The notes under the pieces are model-generated. The model did not search any database and was not told the origin of the DNA. It worked only from the letters and a program-made list of their open reading frames with translations. The position numbers and the translations under genes were made by a program. Of a DNA stretch of 64,000 nucleotides, positions 58,235 to 64,000 are shown piece after piece. The stretch's first letter is position 1. Each line of letters begins with the position of its first letter. The DNA is from an uncultured Dehalococcoidia bacterium. GTDB lineage: Bacteria > Chloroflexota > Dehalococcoidia > Lucifugimonadales > UBA3495. The stretch covers positions 11,029 to 75,028 of the forward strand of contig OX638345.1 of the NCBI GenBank assembly GCA_951813535.1, read 5' to 3'.

Positions 58235-59563
58235 CTACGCCGCTTCGGCCGCCAGCGGCGCCCGCCGCTCCGGACGCCGCGCCACCGCCATCAGGACCAT
58301 GCCCGAAGCCTGCGCCACCGCCGAGAAAAGGATCAGGATGGTGTAGCTGCCCGTCAGGTCGTACACCACCGGTCCTATGATCTGCCCCACGCCCAGGCCG
58401 CCGGCCTCGAAGGGACGCATGGCGCCGGCGATGGCACCGTAGGAGTTGCGGCCGAAATAGTCCGCCAGCACCATGTACATCAGCACCTCCAGCGCGCTGT
58501 GGAACAGCCCCCAGAACACCCCGTAGGCGAACGCCGCCGCCAGCGAGTTGACCTGCAGCAGCGCCAGCGTCGCCAGCGTCGATACCCCCATGGCCGCCAC
58601 GATGCACCATCGCGGCGTCAGCTTCCCCGCAACCTGGCCCCACACCAGGCTGCTCAACGCCAAAAAGGTGCTGACGCTGAGCACGCCCGCCGCCTGCGGA
58701 GTGGTCAGTCCCGCGAACTCGTGCAGGTAGGGCACCAGGCTGAACCCCAGGCCGGAACTGCCGCTCACGTTCAGAAAGGCGACCACCGACACCATCCAGA
58801 AGGCCTTCGTTCGCATCGCCTCGCGGGACGTCCAGCTCACCTCTTCGCCGGGGCGCGCCGCCGGCCCATGCCCTCCGCGCGCCGACGCTGCGCTGCCTGG
58901 CTGTGCGGTCGAGGCGCTCGGCCGAGCGCCGTCCGGCAGCATCCCGATGTCCTCCGGGCGCCGGCGCATGATGACGATCATGGGGATGGCCACGAACAGG
59001 CTCAAAACCCCCATCAGCCGGAAGGCCATCCGCCAGTCGGCCAGCACCGTGATCACGGAAAACGCCTGGATGATCAGCGCGCCGCTGATGGGACGATAGA
59101 TGCCCGTCAGGGCGAGGGCGATGTTGCGGCGCCGGTTGAAGAAATTTACCGCCATCGTCCGCGGCACCACGCCGATGAGGAAGGGTTGACTGATGGCTCG
59201 CCCGATGATCGCCGCGACCATGAACTGCCATGAGCTGGTCACTTCGGCAATTGCCAACATGGACAGGCCCAGGACAATCGCTCCGATGGGCATCAGCCAC
59301 CGGGGGCCGTACCGGTCTGCCAGGCGTCCGGCGAAGGGGGCGAAGACGCCCGATAGCGCCACGCCGCAGCTTGCGGCCAGGCCGATCTGGGTTCGGGCCC
59401 AGCCGGTGTCGTCAATGATGTAGGTCTGCACGCCCCCCAACACCACGCCGGCCGGCGCCGTTGCCACGAACGCCCCGGCGGCCGACAGACCGAGCACCAG
59501 CCAACCGTAGTAGAAGGGGGTGTTGGGACGCCAGTTGAGGAGAGCCGACACAGAGGACGCCAT
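58235..59563 (-). CDS. MFS transporter (OFA/MCT-like)
   Basis: FYYGWLV, GRLADRYGPR, EAMRTKAFW, ADYFGRNSYGAI. Confidence 0.9.
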   Translation of the reverse strand: MASSVSALLNWRPNTPFYYGWLVLGLSAAGAFVATAPAGVVLGGVQTYIIDDTGWARTQIGLAASCGVALSGVFAPFAGRLADRYGPRWLMPIGAIVLGLSMLAIAEVTSSWQFMVAAIIGRAISQPFLIGVVPRTMAVNFFNRRRNIALALTGIYRPISGALIIQAFSVITVLADWRMAFRLMGVLSLFVAIPMIVIMRRRPEDIGMLPDGARPSASTAQPGSAASARGGHGPAARPGEEVSWTSREAMRTKAFWMVSVVAFLNVSGSSGLGFSLVPYLHEFAGLTTPQAAGVLSVSTFLALSSLVWGQVAGKLTPRWCIVAAMGVSTLATLALLQVNSLAAAFAYGVFWGLFHSALEVLMYMVLADYFGRNSYGAIAGAMRPFEAGGLGVGQIIGPVVYDLTGSYTILILFSAVAQASGMVLMAVARRPERRAPLAAEAA

Positions 59564-59636
59564 AAGCCCGTCCCTTGTATCAGACCGTCGCCGCCGGGAC
59601 AAGAAGCCGCCTCACGCGCACCCACTTTCGTAAATC

Positions 59637-59746
59637 GTCAGAATCAGGATTTTCGGGATTTTTTGATTTGACAGGATTAGGCGATTTCCATCTCAGAACG
59701 GTTCCAATCCTGATAATCCCCAGATCTGGCAAATCCCGATTCTGAC
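59637..59746. repeat. ~110-bp MITE/REP-like element, copy B
   Basis: Ends GTCAGAATCAGGATTT / AAATCCCGATTCTGAC; preceded by AATC, as is copy A. Confidence 0.75.
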
Positions 59747-59886
59747 GTTTCCCCGCCGCAAACCGGGTGTGCATGAGAAGAAGCCGCGCGTTGCCGGTGC
59801 CACCGGCCACGTCTATACTTCGCGCAGGATCAGAATCTGTGACACGGCCTGCAAGAATGCAGGGACGACCGCCGGGAGGTGGGATC

Positions 59887-60699
59887 ATGGCTACTGCGAA
59901 CGTGAACGGCGCCGAGCTTTACTACGAAGAGACGGGCAGCGGACCGCCCATCATCCTCTCGCCGGGCGGACTGCAGGGCAATGCCAGCAGCTACCATCCG
60001 GTGATTGAAGGGCTATCCCAGGAGCACCGGGTGGTGGTGTACGACCGCCGCTTCGGCGGTCAGTCCCGCAGCCCCATGGTGGTGCAGACGTGGGACATGG
60101 TGTGCGACGACGTGTTCGGCCTGATGGACACCCTGGGCATCGAGCAGGCCTACCTCGGCGGCGGATCATTTGGGGCGGCCATCTCCCTGGGCTGCGCCGT
60201 GCGCCGTCCGGAGCGAGTCCGCGCTATCTTCCCCTCCAACATCGCCGGCGGCACCATCTGCGACGCCTACCTGGCGGCCAAGCTGTTCAAGAGCATGGAC
60301 TGGGCCGAGAACCGCGGCATCGCGGCGATCGTGGACGCCTTCGACCCCGACGACCGCTTCTCGCCCTTCAGTCCCGAGATGGCGCAGACCGACGCCGACT
60401 ACCGCAAGTCCCTGGAGTCCATGAACGCCGAGGACTTCATCCAGGTGATGCGCGACACCATCCACGCCCTCTTCGACGGCCCCTACAAGACCCTGGGCAT
60501 GACCGAAAAGGCGCTGAAGAGCGTGTCCGTCCCCGCAATGGTCATGCCGGGCAACAACGACGTACACCCCCGCGGCCTGGCCGAGGCCGTCCACCGCCTG
60601 ATCCCCAACTGCCGCTGGGCCGAGGTCCGCCCCCACAGCGAAGAGCCGGAGAAGTACACCAAGCGCGTGCTGGGCTTCCTGGCGGAGGTGGAGGTGTAG
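59887..60699 (+). CDS. Alpha/beta hydrolase
   Basis: NGAELYYEETGSG, YDRRFGGQS, GGGSFG nucleophile elbow, PGNNDVH. Confidence 0.9.
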   Translation: MATANVNGAELYYEETGSGPPIILSPGGLQGNASSYHPVIEGLSQEHRVVVYDRRFGGQSRSPMVVQTWDMVCDDVFGLMDTLGIEQAYLGGGSFGAAISLGCAVRRPERVRAIFPSNIAGGTICDAYLAAKLFKSMDWAENRGIAAIVDAFDPDDRFSPFSPEMAQTDADYRKSLESMNAEDFIQVMRDTIHALFDGPYKTLGMTEKALKSVSVPAMVMPGNNDVHPRGLAEAVHRLIPNCRWAEVRPHSEEPEKYTKRVLGFLAEVEV

Positions 60700-60703
60700 G
60701 GGG

Positions 60704-63073
60704 TTAGAGGGATGACTCACGCAGGGATTGAAACAGCACGTCTATCTCTGCCGGTCCAGACCCGTCGTCAGACCCTTCCTCAGGATCAGAATATAGTTCC
60801 CGCATGTGATCTTCGAAGTCGGGTTCCCATTGTTCTCGCAATTCTTGCATGCGATTTTCCACGAGGTAATCAAGCTCGCCAACGTCTACACCGAGCGCCC
60901 TAGCTACACCTCGAATATCTGACATGATCGAATCGAGCCAATCAGGGTCGTCGATTTCTTCCAAAAGCCAATCTTGTTCGCCCTTCAAGAAATCTTCAAA
61001 CTCCTCGGCCCAAGCCTCTAGACTACGGTTGGGACTTTTGAAGAGATCGGTGGCCAGTTCGGCGAATTCGACCAGCGCTTCGAAATCTTGCGTGTCTGCC
61101 AGACGACCCGTGATGGCATCGAGCACGGTTTGTTTTGCTCGGTGCAGGATGTCCTCAGGGAGAGAGTCGCGCACTATAATAGCTTGACGGATGATCCGCA
61201 CCATTTCTCTGGACGATCTCCTGCCTGCTTTCCAATAGTCGACAACAATCTCCAAGCCCTTAGCAGCTGATCCAGCGACTACTGAACTAGTCGGATGCTG
61301 CTCCAATACTGACAACATGAAAGCGGCTCTTCTTCCTAAGTCTATCTCTTCCCGTTCAGCGTACGCAGAATGTATATCCCTGCGGGATCGGACCACTGGA
61401 CTAGCCCCTGCAATCAGCTCGATGGCTCGGCTTGCGACCTTTTCATGGTCGACTAGCTGTCGTACGCGTTTACTACCTCGGGATTCTCGAGAGAACGTCG
61501 GTGCATCGGCGTTGACATGATTTTGGCCCTCGTAGAGGATTACGCACTGTTCAAAGAAGATTGCGGATTCCAGTAACATATCCATCTCTGCGTCGTCGGA
61601 TTCGAGACGTGCCCACAGATAATCGCGTACCGATGGATTTCGTATTGCTACTATTCGGCCGCGGCGATTGGTTCCTGGACTGGCTTCTTTCAGGTCAACA
61701 AACATTCCTTCGATTACGGCGACTGCCTCCCTGAATTTACCGGAGTCGAAGTCTGTCGGCCAAACCTTTTTGACCACATCGCGCACATCGATTAGGAACG
61801 TTTCACTTGGCAGACTGGTTACGGCGAGCAGCACTCGTCGTGCCATATCTGATAAATCTTTGAAAATACGCTCCCATATGACAGTCGGATCTTCGAGTGT
61901 TGCGAAAAAGTTAGACACAAACTCTTCGGGGCTCAAGGAAGATACATGCCGGACATCCACAGCATACTCTATGACCCGAGGGTTGTAATTTCGATGATTT
62001 ATCACCTCCCGATATCGTTCGCTTGGGATCAACGCGGTTACCAATTCGGCAGGTAGGCCCGAAAAAAACAGATGATTATAGAGAATATGCGCCCGGATCA
62101 GCGGCGTATAGTCTTCCAGCGAGACGATGCTTTTGATGGGCTCGATTTCCCTGTCTGCCAGACCTTCGTAACGGTGCGCGGCATCGGTTAGGATGTATTC
62201 TCTCGTCGCGAGAATGAATTTCTTGTCATCGCTCTTCCGAACGCGCTCCAAAAATCTCGAAAGTCGGGTTTCTTCGTTTTTTCGCAGATGCAACTCGCCA
62301 AATGTGACGCGTCCCAGAAAGTCGTCGTACAAGAACACCTGCCGTGAATTCGTTCGCCACGTACGATTACCTTCGTCGATGTCTTCGGATATGAAGACAG
62401 CCTCATATCCTTGCGAGGCGTAGCTGGTCAAGAGGATATCGGCCAGCATGGATTTACCAATGCCTGGTCCGCCGGCAATGACGCAAACGTGGTTGGCATC
62501 GAGGATCTCCCGTGCCCGGTTGTAGCTCTTATTGGGCACCCACAACCTGAGTTGACGCTGGGCTACCTCTAGTGCGTCTTCGCTCCTGTTGGCAATGCCG
62601 CTATTGAGTAACGCGCGCAAAACTTCGGTGCTCGTGAGCCAAAGTTTGACGTAGCGTAGCTCGACCTCCGGGTGCTTAGACAATAGCCCCGATAAGTCGT
62701 CTCTGCCTATCACGTCCGCAGGGGATTTGACCCAAGGGTACAAGGCTTCAACAATTCTATCCTTGCGACCCGGCGTCAACCGCACCGAAGTCATTACGAT
62801 GTACCGATTGGGAGCCAATTCTTGGATCTTTCGGAGTTCTACCCTAGCAAGGCGTCGGAGTAGGCTGTCAAAGGAGTTTTCATCCCAGAGCTTGCATTGG
62901 GCCACGATTGTTTGACTCTCGCCGGCAACGACCCCGATGTAACGAATGTCGATACCGCCATCGGGTCCGGGCGCAAAAAGCTCGAACGAATGCCCTGTTT
63001 CGGCTTGGAGCAAGTCTCGACACAACGACTCAAACTCAAAGCTTGAGATCTGTGAGAAATTGTACGTGCTCAT
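60704..63073 (-). CDS. Restriction-endonuclease-like (Mrr-type) domain fused to STAND (nSTAND3-like) NTPase
   Basis: FEFESLCRDLL...DGGID...AQCK nuclease motif; GGPGIGKS Walker A; LYDDFLG Walker B; ILATREYIL; ILYNHLFFS; YNPRVIE; AT-richer than the flanks. Confidence 0.88.
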   Translation of the reverse strand: MSTYNFSQISSFEFESLCRDLLQAETGHSFELFAPGPDGGIDIRYIGVVAGESQTIVAQCKLWDENSFDSLLRRLARVELRKIQELAPNRYIVMTSVRLTPGRKDRIVEALYPWVKSPADVIGRDDLSGLLSKHPEVELRYVKLWLTSTEVLRALLNSGIANRSEDALEVAQRQLRLWVPNKSYNRAREILDANHVCVIAGGPGIGKSMLADILLTSYASQGYEAVFISEDIDEGNRTWRTNSRQVFLYDDFLGRVTFGELHLRKNEETRLSRFLERVRKSDDKKFILATREYILTDAAHRYEGLADREIEPIKSIVSLEDYTPLIRAHILYNHLFFSGLPAELVTALIPSERYREVINHRNYNPRVIEYAVDVRHVSSLSPEEFVSNFFATLEDPTVIWERIFKDLSDMARRVLLAVTSLPSETFLIDVRDVVKKVWPTDFDSGKFREAVAVIEGMFVDLKEASPGTNRRGRIVAIRNPSVRDYLWARLESDDAEMDMLLESAIFFEQCVILYEGQNHVNADAPTFSRESRGSKRVRQLVDHEKVASRAIELIAGASPVVRSRRDIHSAYAEREEIDLGRRAAFMLSVLEQHPTSSVVAGSAAKGLEIVVDYWKAGRRSSREMVRIIRQAIIVRDSLPEDILHRAKQTVLDAITGRLADTQDFEALVEFAELATDLFKSPNRSLEAWAEEFEDFLKGEQDWLLEEIDDPDWLDSIMSDIRGVARALGVDVGELDYLVENRMQELREQWEPDFEDHMRELYSDPEEGSDDGSGPAEIDVLFQSLRESSL

Positions 63074-63360
63074 TTATTCTGTTCCATAGCCACTTGGGCG
63101 AGGTTTCCCGCCAGGCTCAAGCAGTATCATTTTATTGCGGCTCGTGCTCGTCCGCCAAGGTTCATAGCACCTTGTCTGCGAAAACCAATGCGCACCCAAA
63201 GATTGGCTGATTTCGGAATGCCAATAGCGAGGCCACTGGCCGTGACAAACCCTTTCAGCACAACCTGCTAAGCGTCATTGCCGATGGATTACCGGTTTAT
63301 TATATGGGCGATGTTACGCCGCACATGATCCACGCCATAATGGCGCTCTATTCTCCTTCC

Positions 63361-64000
63361 CTACCCCGCCATCAGCATCTCGTCCGTGCTCATCAGCGGC
63401 GACAGCAGCCGGGGCGCGCCGTCGGTGACCACGACCATGTCCTGCAGGTGCCAGCAGGGACCGATGTGCGGCTCCAGGGCGACCACCATGCCCTCCTCCA
63501 GCACCCGGTCGCTGGACGGCACCATGTACGGCTCCTGCTGGTGCCACCATGCACCGACGCCGTGGCCGGCCAGGGCCACGTTGCCCTCGAAACCGGCCTC
63601 GTGGAAGGCATCGTTGGCGAAGTGGTAGATGTCGGCTGTGCGCGCGCCGGGGACGCACCGGTCGATGGTGCCGCGGTAGATGTCCAGCACGGTTCGGTAG
63701 GTACGCTTCTGCTCGTCTGAGGGCGCGCCGACGCAGACGGTTCGCGACTGGTGACCGGGATAGCCGTTGAGGTAGGCGACGTAGTCGTTGCGGATGATGT
63801 CGCCGGCCTCGAAGGCCAGGTCGCTCTCGCCGCCGTAGCCCACGGTGTTGCGGCTGGAGTTGAGGATGCCGTGAACCCAGTTGGCGCCCCGCCGTAGGCA
63901 GCTCTCGACGATGCGGCTGTGCACCAGCCGTTCCGTGTCGCCGGGCCGCACTGTGGGCAGCACCTCCAGGTAGGCCTCGTCCAGCAATTTGGCGCCGGCC
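63361..64000 (-). CDS. M24 family metallopeptidase (Xaa-Pro/creatinase-like), 5' end outside window
   Basis: GDIIRND...GYPGHQSRT, GHGVG..WHQQEPY, LEEGMVVALEP, DMVVVTDG. Confidence 0.85.
   Translation of the reverse strand, partial: AGAKLLDEAYLEVLPTVRPGDTERLVHSRIVESCLRRGANWVHGILNSSRNTVGYGGESDLAFEAGDIIRNDYVAYLNGYPGHQSRTVCVGAPSDEQKRTYRTVLDIYRGTIDRCVPGARTADIYHFANDAFHEAGFEGNVALAGHGVGAWWHQQEPYMVPSSDRVLEEGMVVALEPHIGPCWHLQDMVVVTDGAPRLLSPLMSTDEMLMAG

Noticed and set aside
1-64000. CRISPR array or other regular repeat-spacer array
   Set aside because: No series of equal-length repeats with unique spacers seen; repeats are pairs, short tandems or protein-domain repeats; no cas genes

Overview
High-GC bacterial chromosome segment with about 50 genes. 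The gene content includes tandem family-5 solute-binding lipoproteins with Ala/Pro/Gln linkers, many MFS transporters, a flavin monooxygenase, GMC/VOC/amidohydrolase genes, a Uma2 nuclease and NHL/PQQ/FN3/pentapeptide repeat proteins. This suggests a Chloroflexota (SAR202/Dehalococcoidia-like) genome, possibly a sponge or other host symbiont (inference, no search run). Layout: catabolic and transport genes (0-6 kb); an XRE-HTH/multi-TM regulator divergent from a YbaY lipoprotein; a collapsed nitrate-assimilation remnant (9.1-10.4 kb); a peptide/nickel-type ABC operon with three binding proteins (10.8-21.1 kb); aldolase, Uma2 and ThDP-enzyme genes; a strongly structured ~205-nt candidate ncRNA (26.2 kb); and a five-gene operon hiding an unannotated UGA-readthrough SelW/Rdx selenoprotein (28189-28506). 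An accessory region (32-48.5 kb) follows, with IS256/IS630/ISAs1 remnants, a 1862-aa adhesin, a B12 radical SAM/membrane pair, a kinase-regulator fusion with all phosphotransfer residues substituted, a tRNA-Ala with a mismatched (apparently foreign) 3' end, a KAP NTPase and an integrase remnant. The window ends with more catabolic genes and a solitary nuclease-STAND NTPase candidate defence gene. All calls come from motif reading by eye; no database searches or folding programs were run.
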